56,542 nucleotides of DNA from a virus. Taxonomy: Duplodnaviria; Caudoviricetes. Position 1 is the stretch's first letter; the number at the start of each line of letters is the position of its first letter. Position numbers and translations under genes: made by a program. The stretch is taken from the IMG/VR virus record IMGVR_UViG_3300017765_000004, positions 1 to 56,542 of that record, one strand, 5' to 3'. Below, piece after piece: positions 13,301 to 22,500 of the stretch. The notes below the pieces were generated by a model, which saw only the letters and a list, made by a program, of their open reading frames with translations, made no database searches and was not told where the DNA came from.

Positions 13301-15058
13301 GCAGGTATTGGATACACACCACTTGTTAATGCAGGTCAATTATTTGAGAATGTTTCTTTGACATCACTAACTGGAAGTGGTAGAAATGCAACAGCAGACA
13401 TTACAATTCAAAATGGTGTTGCTGTTGGTGCCACCATTAATAATGGTGGAATTGGATATCAAGTGGGTGATGAATTGACACCTACAACAATTGGTGCAGA
13501 CAATCTTGGAATAGGGTTAAGATTAAGTGTTGTAAATGTGCTTGGTGATAATGAACTAAGAATTACAGACGTACAAGGACAATTTAATACTACAGCAAAT
13601 AATTTCTTATACTTTGATGGTGTTGGTGTTGGTCATACATTACTTAATGGTAATGTCGGTGGAAGTGTTGTTCCTTTATCTCCTATTACGCAAGTGTCTG
13701 ATGGAAATCATATTAAGATTTTCCATAGAAATCATGGGATGCATCAATCAGGAAATGTAACACTTAAGGATATTGGGACAGATATTGATGGATCCAAACT
13801 AGTAGTTGCTTATCCAAATACATCTAGTGGTGGTGATGCTATTTCTGTATCACCTGTAGGTATATTTACTATGTTTGAAAATGTTGATGTAAGTGGTACA
13901 AATCCTGGATACATCAAGATTGGTAATGAAATAATTTCTTATTCAGGCATATCTGGTAGCACCTTAACAAGTATTACAAGAGGTGTAGACAATACCACAG
14001 TTGAATCACATGCTGCTAATGATGCAGTATTCAAGTATGAAATAGGGGGTGTTTCTCTGAGAAGAGTGAATAAAACTCATTCATTATCTGATGCCACAGT
14101 AAGCAATCCAATCACACTTGATTCTTATCATGTAAAAGTTGGTATGAATACTGATGGAACTAATAGGTCAGGATCTGGTACACTTTCTGCCTTAAAATTT
14201 ACTGAGACTAAATCAGTTGGTGGTGTTAATGGAAAAGCATCATACAATATTCCTTTTGAAATTGCTATTCCAAAAGTAAATACAATCACTCCAACTGATA
14301 CTAGTGTTACTGCAAGTATGAGAACTGTGAGTGGAACTAGTATTGATGGTATTGAATCATCATATGTTGATCAAGGATTTGAAGAAATCACACTTAATAG
14401 TAAAAATTATTTTACTTCAACAAGAATAGTTGCTTCAAAAATAAATGAAACAACTTATCTTAGTGGACTTCCTGGATCTAAATCTTTGTCAATGAATATT
14501 AATATGTCCACTGCTAATCCAAAACTGTCTCCAATGATTGATTTGGATCAAGCATCAGTACAATTGATTAGCAACAGAATTAATTCACCTATTGCTAATT
14601 TTGCTACAGATTCTAGAGTGAACAATATTAGTGATGATCCATCAAAATTCATTTACTGCACTAATCTCATATCACTTGAAAATCCATCTACTTCATTGAA
14701 AGTAATTCTTGATGCATATGTTAATCAATTTAATGATATTAGAGTTTTATATGCAGTGAATCAGGACAGACCTCTTAGTGAAACTGTATTCACACCATTC
14801 CCTGGATACAATAATATTGATCCTAACAGAATTGGAGTTATTATCAATCCTGATAATAATGATGGAACACCAGATAAACCATTCACTAAGAAAGATCTAA
14901 TAACACCCAATCCAGGGTCTCAATCATTTAGTGAAATGCAATTTACTATTGACAGATTGTCAACATTTAACAATTTCAGAATTAAGATTATTGGAACAAG
15001 CACAAATCAAGCTTATAGTCCATATATTAAAAATCTGAGAGTATTGGCACTTGCATAA
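7382..15058 (+). CDS. Large virion structural protein, DUF4815/VrlC-like
   Basis: N-terminus 'MPQETNLNVAPYFDDF...YKVLFKPAYPVQARELNNLQSILQ', plus 'APGADRLKI', 'LARRTFDESG', 'DPLAQTF' and 'GSLFKSQ'; usual position between gp8 and gp13. Confidence 0.8.
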   Translation: MPQETNLNVAPYFDDFDPQSNYYKVLFKPAYPVQARELNNLQSILQDQVENLGNHFFKEGAKVIPGQTNYFSTFHAVQINSSYSGISVSAYLDQLIGKKITGRTSGIQAKVVSYITDTVSELENYTLYVNYITSGSDSDVEQFSDGEILNTDENISFLDTFISSGEGFAQTLSQNATAIGSAFGISQGIYFLRGHFVDVFDELLILDQYSNKPSYRIGFFVKEELISSANDQSLTDNAQGFNNYTAPGADRLKISATLTKKAPDDFNDQNFVQIAEVKNGILRNINKNTNFNNNLKDELARRTFDESGHYYIKEFLTVARESLNNGYGNKGIYSVGQLTDSGNVPSDDLGVYKISPGKAYVRGFEVDRPRTTFLDFVKPRTTKKLTSQGINFGFGPTIAVNRVSGSPNIGFNTDYTISLRDQRVGVGSFVSPGTEIGMARVYDFSLESGSYETNLNINKWDLSLYDVQTYVDVRMNQPHTLTVPTFVEGQSSGATGFIRYPVEVGVAMTVYGVSGDFHIGEKLVFNGIGTDARTSTAVTAHTISDVQSVFGITAVGSTFTADIVPTAARVIGIASITARTGNPLTSTVTSPGLAFAGITTIGDLVSFSVPGQSNKNFARVTQVDTASIGISTVASVAGICSGLLNVDSVSVSDFTILKSNFVDQAPPGNIAGNNSLYSVFQKKNIESVDVSDVTLDIRRSFTLTLNTSGESSTVSTGTDEVFLAFDEERYSLTRSDGGIEPITSKNLVFTSGNQTLRFVGLEGIEDPDALLIATIRKSKIKSKTKVRVPAATVLIDKSSNSSSGSTPTSLNDGLTFGNYPYGTRVQDKIISLNVPDVKWIYGIFEANGTETPTSPNMTVGSLDGPTSKTDDLIIGEEFIGQTSGAQAAYVGKRADNSIDFIYENQTRFFENEIVNFQSSGINAIASDVSNGSKNITSDFNLNGGFTKSHYDYSRIVRRPGASIPTRKIKIYVLKANYNSSDTGDITTVNSYNEFDYTSEISQTAGIRHTDIIDLRPRVNDYSVTEGSRSPFEFLGRSFLNGNHSSADIVADGESILLDYSYYLPRIDRIYLTKDGAFVVKNGTPADIPSPPGELPGALNIANITLPAYLYSAEEAQVKFIGHKRYQMNDIGRIEKRLSNVEYFTSLSRLETSVQSQFVPDANGLDRFKNGFFTDNFSDRTGQDSGTGVKNSIDRANNILRPAHHCTSINLQLGTDAIAGIGTTSFANDPRYANILGNNIARNIKNDGDVSNVISLNYSEVEWFDQPYATRTESVTPFLVRFYQGTISLDPTADVWVDTNQLEVNDITMMGSLDGVASALQVELRDNADGTRSGVSPIIWGSWETTGVDVDFDLDVSNDTETAANSLREATASEFESLFEGGAQNGRDALARRGGVVPSNFAVEVTGETTLTTTVSGSVGVDLQQRRRGTRNSVSEVFPRPTSSFGNRVVRREIIHKMRSRNIEFNSKGMKSFTRVYPFFDNISVSRFCTPKLVEIEMVSGTFQVGEEVFGTVGITTANSDTTTNARIRCVVCQSNHRYGDRTNPSDTFTQNPYDRNNTVPTTYSESSTILNIDTKDLSDESSDLTGGYVVTGMNLVGQTSGAQARVSDVRLITDQIGVIIGSYRVPDTSADSALPMFDTGRNTFRLTSSSTNSKVEGLFNTAAEEIFYSQGDLDQTQEVTLALRNATASIDNNADQQTRSLDDTASATATSEAVTVDSGGDLTGNFRDPLAQTFDIDDKEGVFITSIDIFFQSIDFDGPMEVELREVELGLPVTKRIAGSLVQLDPGTSQNPKIQVSNDGTVATNVKFDYPVYLSGEREYAVVLLANVTDYRVWISRLGEIDITTVNNNESAQTLVSTQPLLGSLFKSQSGSTWTPSQYEDLKFKLYRADFVSNGNVQFFNQNLPQKEEAISQNSIEIIRNEVRVGLGTTLAGNIGLEPGVTIKQKNTLGTVLGSGKLISLGSSITSDLAITNAGIGYTPLVNAGQLFENVSLTSLTGSGRNATADITIQNGVAVGATINNGGIGYQVGDELTPTTIGADNLGIGLRLSVVNVLGDNELRITDVQGQFNTTANNFLYFDGVGVGHTLLNGNVGGSVVPLSPITQVSDGNHIKIFHRNHGMHQSGNVTLKDIGTDIDGSKLVVAYPNTSSGGDAISVSPVGIFTMFENVDVSGTNPGYIKIGNEIISYSGISGSTLTSITRGVDNTTVESHAANDAVFKYEIGGVSLRRVNKTHSLSDATVSNPITLDSYHVKVGMNTDGTNRSGSGTLSALKFTETKSVGGVNGKASYNIPFEIAIPKVNTITPTDTSVTASMRTVSGTSIDGIESSYVDQGFEEITLNSKNYFTSTRIVASKINETTYLSGLPGSKSLSMNINMSTANPKLSPMIDLDQASVQLISNRINSPIANFATDSRVNNISDDPSKFIYCTNLISLENPSTSLKVILDAYVNQFNDIRVLYAVNQDRPLSETVFTPFPGYNNIDPNRIGVIINPDNNDGTPDKPFTKKDLITPNPGSQSFSEMQFTIDRLSTFNNFRIKIIGTSTNQAYSPYIKNLRVLALA

Positions 15059-15285
15059 TGTCACAAATACCAGTAAAAGATCACAGCGGTTTGTTCAGAG
15101 ATAGCAATACAGGAGCTATCATCAATAATAATAAAAATGATTTTCAAAAATATATTGAAAATAAAAATAGAATGCTTAATCAATCAGAAAAGGTTGAAAA
15201 CCTTGAAAAAAATCTTGATGAATTAAAAGATGATATAAATGATATAAAATCACTTCTCACTAAATTTTTAGAATCAAATGGCTAA
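15058..15285 (+). CDS. Small conserved hypothetical protein with C-terminal coiled coil
   Basis: TAATG overlap with the upstream stop; 'LFRDSNTGAIIN' followed by a heptad-rich tail. Confidence 0.75.
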   Translation: MSQIPVKDHSGLFRDSNTGAIINNNKNDFQKYIENKNRMLNQSEKVENLEKNLDELKDDINDIKSLLTKFLESNG

Positions 15286-15664
15286 TAACACAATTACTTT
15301 TGATCCAAATGCAGGAGTGGCATATGGTGTCAATCTTACTATCAACACTGGTGCTGATTTCAATTCAACATTTAAAATCCTTGAAGTTGATAGAAGTGAT
15401 TTTGATTTAACAGGATATAGTGGATCATCACAGATGAGAAAAAGTGCAGCAGTGGGATCCACCACAATTGCTGCTGCAACATTTACTGTTGGATTTACAA
15501 GCACATCAGAAGGTGAATTCAAAATATCACTTGGATCTACTGAAACAAGATTGCTGAAAAATGGAAGATATGTTTATGATATATTGGTTGGTTCTGCATC
15601 AACTGTTTATAGAATTGTAGAGGGAAATATACTTGTTCAGACAGGAGTATCATCTGCTCCATAA
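15278..15664 (+). CDS. Conserved hypothetical virion protein (Ig/BppU-N-like beta sandwich)
   Basis: 'NLTINTGADF', 'FDLTGYSGSSQMRKS', 'GRYVYDILV...RIVEGNILV' pattern; overlaps the upstream stop. Confidence 0.7.
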   Translation: MANNTITFDPNAGVAYGVNLTINTGADFNSTFKILEVDRSDFDLTGYSGSSQMRKSAAVGSTTIAAATFTVGFTSTSEGEFKISLGSTETRLLKNGRYVYDILVGSASTVYRIVEGNILVQTGVSSAP

Positions 15665-15667
15665 ATA
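15662..15667 (+). promoter_or_regulatory. Late promoter core TAAATA upstream of gp13
   Basis: Overlaps the upstream stop codon, about 20 nt before ATG 15688. Confidence 0.6.
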
Positions 15668-15687
15668 GTATTAAATTGTAGCGTATA

Positions 15688-16536
15688 ATGGCGCAACCAG
15701 CATCTCGACAAGGACTGATTGATTATACCCTAAGACAACTGGGCGCTCCTATGTTGGAAATCAATGTTGCTGAGGAACAATTAGAGGATCTACTAGATGA
15801 TGCTCTCCAGTTCTTCCATGAGAGACATTTTGATGGAGTATCACAAGTATTTTTAAAGTATCAAATTACATCACAGGACATTAGTAGAGGTAAGGCAAAA
15901 CCTCCTAGTGTCACTAGTGGTCAGAGCGTAGGTATAACTTCAACTACTGTTACTGAAAATGGCACAGACTATATTTTTTATGAGAACAGCAATTATATAC
16001 CACTTCCTCCATCAATCATAGGTATTAATAAGATATTTCAATATGATGATGCTCATTCAATGAGTATGAGTAATATGTTTAGTTTCAAGTATCAATTATT
16101 CTTGAATGAAATAGGATACTTTGGAAGTTTTGAATTACTGCAATTTGCCATGTCAATGACATATCTTGAGACAATGAACTTCTTGCTGAACACTCACAAG
16201 GCAATTAGATTTAATCAAAGACAAGATAGATTATATATTGATGTTGATTTTGGAAATATTAATGAGGGTGATTTTATAATCATAGATTGTTGGAAGACAG
16301 TTGATGGTAATGATTATGCTGGTGTTTGGAATGATTCATTCTTGAAGAGATACTTCACAGCACTAGTCAAAAGACAGTGGGGACAAAATCTTATCAAGTT
16401 TCAGGGTGTCAAATTACCAGGTGGAATTGAATTTAATGGTAGACAATTATTTGATGATGGGCAAAGAGAAATTGATGAAATAAGAACTCAAATGCTCAGC
16501 ACTTATGAGATACCACCTTTGGATTTAATAGGGTAA
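15688..16536 (+). CDS. gp13: Neck protein gp13
   Basis: 'LRQLGAPMLEINV', 'ERHFDG', 'KRQWGQNLIKFQGVKLPGGIEFNG', ending 'PPLDLIG'. Confidence 0.92.
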   Translation: MAQPASRQGLIDYTLRQLGAPMLEINVAEEQLEDLLDDALQFFHERHFDGVSQVFLKYQITSQDISRGKAKPPSVTSGQSVGITSTTVTENGTDYIFYENSNYIPLPPSIIGINKIFQYDDAHSMSMSNMFSFKYQLFLNEIGYFGSFELLQFAMSMTYLETMNFLLNTHKAIRFNQRQDRLYIDVDFGNINEGDFIIIDCWKTVDGNDYAGVWNDSFLKRYFTALVKRQWGQNLIKFQGVKLPGGIEFNGRQLFDDGQREIDEIRTQMLSTYEIPPLDLIG

Positions 16537-16542
16537 GATCTT

Positions 16543-18009
16543 ATGCTTAATCCATTTTCCCTTAATGGGTCAGTAGGAGAACAAAATCTTATACAGAGTC
16601 TGGTCAATGAGCAGCTCAGGATGTATGGAGTTGAAGTCTATTACATCCCCAGAAAGTACATTACTAAGAATACTGTTATAAGAGAAGTTATTGAATCTAA
16701 GTTCAATGATGCTTATCCAATTGAGGCATATATTGATAATTTTGAGGGATATGGTGGACAGGGCACTGTGCTGTCTAAGTTTGGGATACAAGAGCAAGAC
16801 GATCTAACTCTGATTATTTCAAAAGAGAGATATGAGACATATATCTCACCTTTGATGAAAAATCTTGTAAATGTTGAATTATCATCAAGACCAAAAGAAG
16901 GAGATCTAATATTCTTCCCTCTTGGAGATAGATTATTTGAGATCAAATATGTTGAGCATGAGCAACCATTCTATCAACTCAAGAAAAATTATGTTTATGA
17001 GTTGAGATGTGAACTCTACAGATATGAGGATGAGGTCCTTGATACTGGTATTGATGATATAGATGATGAGATTGCGCAACTTGGATACATTCAGACACTT
17101 TCTCTGATAGGTCCTGGTGCTGCTACAACAGCAACTGGTACAGTTACATTATCAGATACAGGTGCTCTTAGCATAAAATTGTCAGATGCTGGTGCTAATT
17201 ATGATACACTACCAACAATTGGCATTTCATCATCACCTGATGGAGGAACATCTGCTGTTGGAATAGCATCCTTCTTGACAGGATTTACTGGTGGTATAGA
17301 TGGCAGGATTGCTTCTGTATTACTTACTAACACTGGTGCTGGATATACAGTGCCTCCATCAATTACATTTGATAGTACAACAGGTGTAGGTGCTGCTGCT
17401 TCTGTAAGTTTGATCAGTAATGCAGTATCTAATGTTGTTGTTACTAATGCTGGATTTGGATATACTGGAAATGTTGGTGTTGCATTCACCTTCCCACAAT
17501 CACTTATTGATAGCATTGTTGATATGTCTAATAATGCACTTACCATGGATTCAACATCAACATCATATGACTCTGGTAGTCCATTTGGAGTTGGATTTGA
17601 AGATGCTAGAGGTATTGCTTATGTTAACACTGCTGGTATTGTTACCTTTGTTGCTTTAACACCAGGACAAGGATATCTGAATGCACCTGATGTACTATTT
17701 GAGACACCACCTGGTATCACTGCTACTGGCACATTCAAGTTTAATGAAATTATAGTTGGTGCTGCTAGCTCTGCAACAGCAAGAGTTAAAGAATGGGATG
17801 CATCAACTAATAAACTTGAAATTTCTATTATTGATGGTGAATTTGGTCCAGGTGAACAAATTATTGGTCAAGAATCTGGAGCAACATATACAATATTTAA
17901 TTCTGTGTCAGATGACCTTGTTGATCCTTTGGCTGACAATGATACCTTTGAATCAACTGCAGATTCAATCATAGATTTCAGTGAAACCAATCCATTTGGA
18001 ATGCCCTGA
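16543..18009 (+). CDS. gp14: Neck protein gp14 with internal insertion
   Basis: 'EQNLIQSLVNEQLRMYGVEVYYIPR', 'RPKEGDLIFFPL...LFEIKYVEHEQPFYQL', ending 'IDFSETNPFG'. Confidence 0.9.
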   Translation: MLNPFSLNGSVGEQNLIQSLVNEQLRMYGVEVYYIPRKYITKNTVIREVIESKFNDAYPIEAYIDNFEGYGGQGTVLSKFGIQEQDDLTLIISKERYETYISPLMKNLVNVELSSRPKEGDLIFFPLGDRLFEIKYVEHEQPFYQLKKNYVYELRCELYRYEDEVLDTGIDDIDDEIAQLGYIQTLSLIGPGAATTATGTVTLSDTGALSIKLSDAGANYDTLPTIGISSSPDGGTSAVGIASFLTGFTGGIDGRIASVLLTNTGAGYTVPPSITFDSTTGVGAAASVSLISNAVSNVVVTNAGFGYTGNVGVAFTFPQSLIDSIVDMSNNALTMDSTSTSYDSGSPFGVGFEDARGIAYVNTAGIVTFVALTPGQGYLNAPDVLFETPPGITATGTFKFNEIIVGAASSATARVKEWDASTNKLEISIIDGEFGPGEQIIGQESGATYTIFNSVSDDLVDPLADNDTFESTADSIIDFSETNPFGMP

Positions 18010-18020
18010 TACAATTTTGT

Positions 18021-18026
18021 TAAATA
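18021..18026 (+). promoter_or_regulatory. Late promoter core TAAATA upstream of gp15
   Basis: Intergenic TAAATA about 27 nt before ATG 18054. Confidence 0.6.
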
Positions 18027-18053
18027 GTAGTATTACCCCACCATGATAAGGCG

Positions 18054-19055
18054 ATGTTTGAGTATTTTTATAACGAGGTTTTTAGATCTGTTATCATAGG
18101 GTTTGGTTCTCTTTTTAACGGAATAGAAATCAAGCATAAAGATTCTTCAGATGACAGTGTTAGCATTGTCAAGGTTCCCCTCGCCTATGGACCTACTCAG
18201 AAATTTCTGGCAAGATTAGAACAGCAACCTGATCTCAATAAACCTGTTCAAATGACACTACCTAGAATCTCATTTGAATTTATTGGTGTTCAGTATGATG
18301 CTTCAAGAAAAACAACTCAAACACAACAATTTTTTGTTGAAGATCCAGCATCTGGTTCTAAAATAAAAAAGGGATACTTACCTGTCCCATATAATATGTC
18401 AATTGAATTGAGCATTATGTCAAAGTTGAATGATGATGCTCTACAGATACTTGAACAAATTATACCATTTTTTCAACCTGTTTATCACTTACCAATTAAT
18501 TTTCTTGGTAATTTAAAAGAGAAAAAAGATGTGGCAGTTCAACTTGATAGTATTAGTATGGAGGATGATTATGAGGGTAATTATGATACAAGAAGAGCAC
18601 TTGTCTATACACTAAGATTTACTGCCAAGACTTATGTCTTTGGTCCTATTCCTGATGTTACTGATCAAGTTATCAGAAGAGTTCAGGTTGGTTACATTGC
18701 TGGAGAGAGTTCCAGATCATATGATAGAGATCTTACATATAAAGTTGTTCCTAGAGCTACAAAAGATTATGATCAATCCCAAATTTCACAACTCAGCGAG
18801 GATATAGATCTTACAGAGACAATTGTTACTGTAAGTGATGGATCTAAATTTACTGTCAATACTCACATTGATATTGATAATGAGAATATGAAGGTCACAA
18901 AGATCAGTGGTAATGATATCACTGTTAAGAGAGGTCAGGATAACACCAAGGCAGCAGAACATGTTTTGGGTGCTCCAATATTCAGTATCACTGCTGCTGA
19001 TGCAGAATTGATTGAAGTTGGTGATGACTTTGGTTTTGATGGTAATGTAATCTGA
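18054..19055 (+). CDS. gp15: Tail sheath stabilizer / tail terminator gp15
   Basis: 'FGSLFN', 'KVPLAYGPTQKFLARL', 'TLPRISFE', 'PVPYN', 'QILEQIIPFFQP'. Confidence 0.92.
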   Translation: MFEYFYNEVFRSVIIGFGSLFNGIEIKHKDSSDDSVSIVKVPLAYGPTQKFLARLEQQPDLNKPVQMTLPRISFEFIGVQYDASRKTTQTQQFFVEDPASGSKIKKGYLPVPYNMSIELSIMSKLNDDALQILEQIIPFFQPVYHLPINFLGNLKEKKDVAVQLDSISMEDDYEGNYDTRRALVYTLRFTAKTYVFGPIPDVTDQVIRRVQVGYIAGESSRSYDRDLTYKVVPRATKDYDQSQISQLSEDIDLTETIVTVSDGSKFTVNTHIDIDNENMKVTKISGNDITVKRGQDNTKAAEHVLGAPIFSITAADAELIEVGDDFGFDGNVI

Positions 19056-19441
19056 TGGAGGATAATATGATTGATGTGACCCCAACTGACAAAAAGATTG
19101 AAAAGAGAAGATCTCAATCTGAAGATATTAAAAAAGATTATGAATACACTCGAGGAAATTTATACTCAATAATTGAGAAAGGTCAGGAAGCTATCAATGG
19201 CATACTTGAACTTGCTCAGGAAAGTGAAATGCCTAGAGCATATGAGGTTGCTGGTCAATTAATTAAAAATGTTTCTGATGCCACTGACAAATTGATGACT
19301 CTTCAACAGAAACTTAAGGAGGTTAATGCTGAAGAGACAAAAGGTCCAACAAATGTCACTAATAATGCCCTATTTGTGGGTTCAACTGCTGAACTTCAGA
19401 AGTTGTTAAAGAAAAACTCAACTGAAGACTCAAATAAATAA
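19055..19441 (+). CDS. gp16: Terminase small subunit gp16
   Basis: 'DYEYTRGNLYSIIEKGQEAINGILELAQESEMPRAYEVAGQLIK', 'NNALFVGSTAELQKLL'. Confidence 0.92.
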   Translation: MEDNMIDVTPTDKKIEKRRSQSEDIKKDYEYTRGNLYSIIEKGQEAINGILELAQESEMPRAYEVAGQLIKNVSDATDKLMTLQQKLKEVNAEETKGPTNVTNNALFVGSTAELQKLLKKNSTEDSNK

Positions 19442-19494
19442 AGATAAATGAAATGGAGATGTTAAGTATCAAAATAAGCACTTTTATGGTCCAA

Positions 19495-19504
19495 TAAATA
19501 AATA
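19495..19504 (+). promoter_or_regulatory. Tandem late promoter cores (TAAATAAATA) at the start of the variable island
   Basis: Two overlapping TAAATA just before ATG 19518; another at 19435-19440. Confidence 0.6.
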
Positions 19505-19517
19505 AAACCCACTTAAA

Positions 19518-22500
19518 ATGGCTAGACAAGGCATAAATACTGGGTCAGCACCTAATGATGGAACAGGTGATAGTCTATTAGTTGCTGCCAGAAAAATTAA
19601 TGAGAATTTCAGTGAACTCTACGGGGTTGTTGGAGATGGCACGACTGTAGGCAGTGCTTCTTTCACTCAAATTGTCGCCAGTGGGATTATTACTGCGTCA
19701 TCTTTTAAAGGTGATGGTTCAAATCTAACTGGTGTTACTGCTGAAAGTTCAGGAATCAGAATTAATGATGATGGATCTTTAGTTGGTGTTGCAGCAACAC
19801 TTAATTTTGGTACAAATATTTCTGTATCACCACTATCTGCTGGTATTGTAACCATAAGTGCCTCTGATACAGGCATCACAAGCATTTTTCAAGATTCCAC
19901 ACCTAGACTTGGTGGAAATCTTGATGTTAATGGAAAGGAAATATCTGGAACTGGTAATGTAAATCTCACTGGAGTAATTACTGCTACAAGTTTTGTAGGT
20001 GATGGCACTGGATTAACTGGTGTTGCATCAACAGATAACATCATTACAGGCACTGCTGCTACATTTACAAATGTTGTAAAAGTTGGCACAGCAATTACTC
20101 TTGATGCTAGTAGTGGTATCATCACTGCCACTAGTTTCTCAGGTGATGGATCAGGACTAACTGGTGTAGCATCTACTGAAAATATTATCACAGGCACTGC
20201 TGCCACATTCACTGGTGGAGTTGATATAACAGGTGCTAGTGAGATAAGTGTAACTGGTGTCATTACTGCTACCAGTTTTGATGGTAATGTATCTGCCTCT
20301 AATCTCAATGTGGGCACAGTGCCTGCTGGCAGGTTCCCCACCACTTTACCTGCTGTCAGTGGTGCTGATTTAACAGGAATTGTCACAAGTATTGCTGCTG
20401 GATCTAATATCAGCATTAGTGGTGCTACTGGTGCAGTCACTATTACTGGATTAGCAAACACTGCTAATATTACAGCAGATAGTTTAGTAGTTAGTGGTGT
20501 CTCTACATTCCAGAATGTTTCAATTGCTGGAACTCTTACATATGAAGATGTAACTAATATTGATTCTGTTGGTGTTATTACTGCCAGAAAGGGTGTAGTT
20601 TCCTCTGGTGTGGTAACTGCCACTGTTTTTGATGGTTCTGGTGCAAGTTTGACAAGCATTCCTGCAGGTCAATTGACTGGTGCTCTACCTGCCATAAGTG
20701 GTGCTAATCTAACTGATCTACCATCATCTGGTGTTGGCACTCAAGGAAGTATCAATACATCAGGTATCATCACAGCTACAAGTTTCTCAGGTGTTGGTGG
20801 ATCCATGACTTTAGGAACACCAACAGATAGTAGTTTTATCACATCAGGTGCTCTTAATACATTCTCATCATCCACTAAGATTGTTGATGGTATTGATGAT
20901 CTGAATGAGGTTATCTTCAATGTCATCAAGAATACAGCAGTCACAGATGTAGATTTTACTGGTGATGTTGTTGCTGGTGGTTCTCCGCTGAATGTCACTC
21001 TAACAATCACTTCATCTGGTAATGCAAACAGATTTGATATTGATTGGGGTGATGGTAGTGCTGATAATGGAACAACTGATTCAACACCATCACACACCTA
21101 TAATCAATCAGGAGGAGCAAATAATACTGTTGCTGTAACAGCAAGAAATAATTCAGGTGTGGGTGCTGGTCATAGTCAAAGTATAACTAAATCTAATTTC
21201 ATCACAGTATTCACTCCAAATCCTGGTGTTGCATTCTCTATGTTTGCTGCTGTGGCTGGTGGTTCTTCAATTTCAAACTGGGATAGTGGAACACCAGTAT
21301 ATCTGGAAAACTCAACAACTAATGTTGCAGGATTTGCAGTTACTTACTCTCTGAATTGGGGAGATAGTACAACAGAATTTATTGCTTCAAATGCTGCCCC
21401 TGGTGGTGTTGGTGGTGGAAGAACAATCCACACTTATAATAATGCATCAGAAACAGACACAGCGTATAATGTCAATCTTCAACTGAGCAGTCATCCTGCA
21501 GCAGACCCAAGTCAAATACCAACATCATCTACCAACACATTCAAGGTATATGCAACTCATACACCCACTTTTACTCAAACAAATATTATAGGTATCAATA
21601 CATCATCTTCCTCTGGATTTGCTGTCACCTTTACAAATACCACTGAGAGCACAATTGGTAGTTTTGCTGCCTTTGGTAACACATACAGATGGACTTATGG
21701 TGATGGATCTACTGATAATGTAAATGTTGGAAGTGGAGCAGCTGGTGATACAGGAAATGCAATTGCCCATACATTTACTCTTTCTGACAATTCAGCAGGC
21801 ACAGCATCAACATTTGCCACAAACTTAAGAGCAATTACTGACCACTCTTCTTCACCATTTATTTCACCAAATATTGTTATCACAGTAGAACCTGAGGTAA
21901 GATCAATATTTACTGGTATAGCAACAATCGCTAGTGATAGAACTGGTGATACAAATAGAGATCTTTATGATGGAACAGATTTATTTGGAAGAAATAGAAG
22001 AGTTGGCATCTTTACAAATACTTCTCATAATGCCTCTGATTATGTTTACAGTTATGGTGATGGTAGTTCTAATGACACTATTGCTAATAATGGTGTTCCT
22101 GGTGGAACAAGTTCACCAATCTTACATACATTCCAAGGAAGTACAGGTAGTAAAGTTGTAACACTGACTGCTAATGGAACACCTGTAACCATTGTGCAGA
22201 ATGGAAAACAGAGTTCAGTTACAATGACATTGAAAGCTGTACCAACAGCTCCAACAGCAATCACTGCATCTTCATTATCAGTGTCAACTGGATCTCAAGG
22301 AACCAGTCCATCACTTTGTGCTAACTTTACAGGCAATCAGGCTGGTTCTGGTATTGCCACTGGAACATCAGTGAGAAGAATTGCAACTACCACGCCAGTG
22401 GTCACTAATAGTATATCCAATATCAATGGTTCTCATAGTGGAAATCTGTCAGCACAAATTAATGGTGTTGGTATTGGGACAACAACATTCACCACTGCTG

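Noticed and set aside
19453-19497. 14-codon ORF between gp16 and the first fibre gene
   Set aside because: Too short, with no convincing SD and no other support.
19889-20659. 256-aa minus-strand ORF and many similar short antisense ORFs (e.g. 40080-40688, 54364-55020)
   Set aside because: They lie wholly opposite well-supported + strand genes and have no recognisable motifs.
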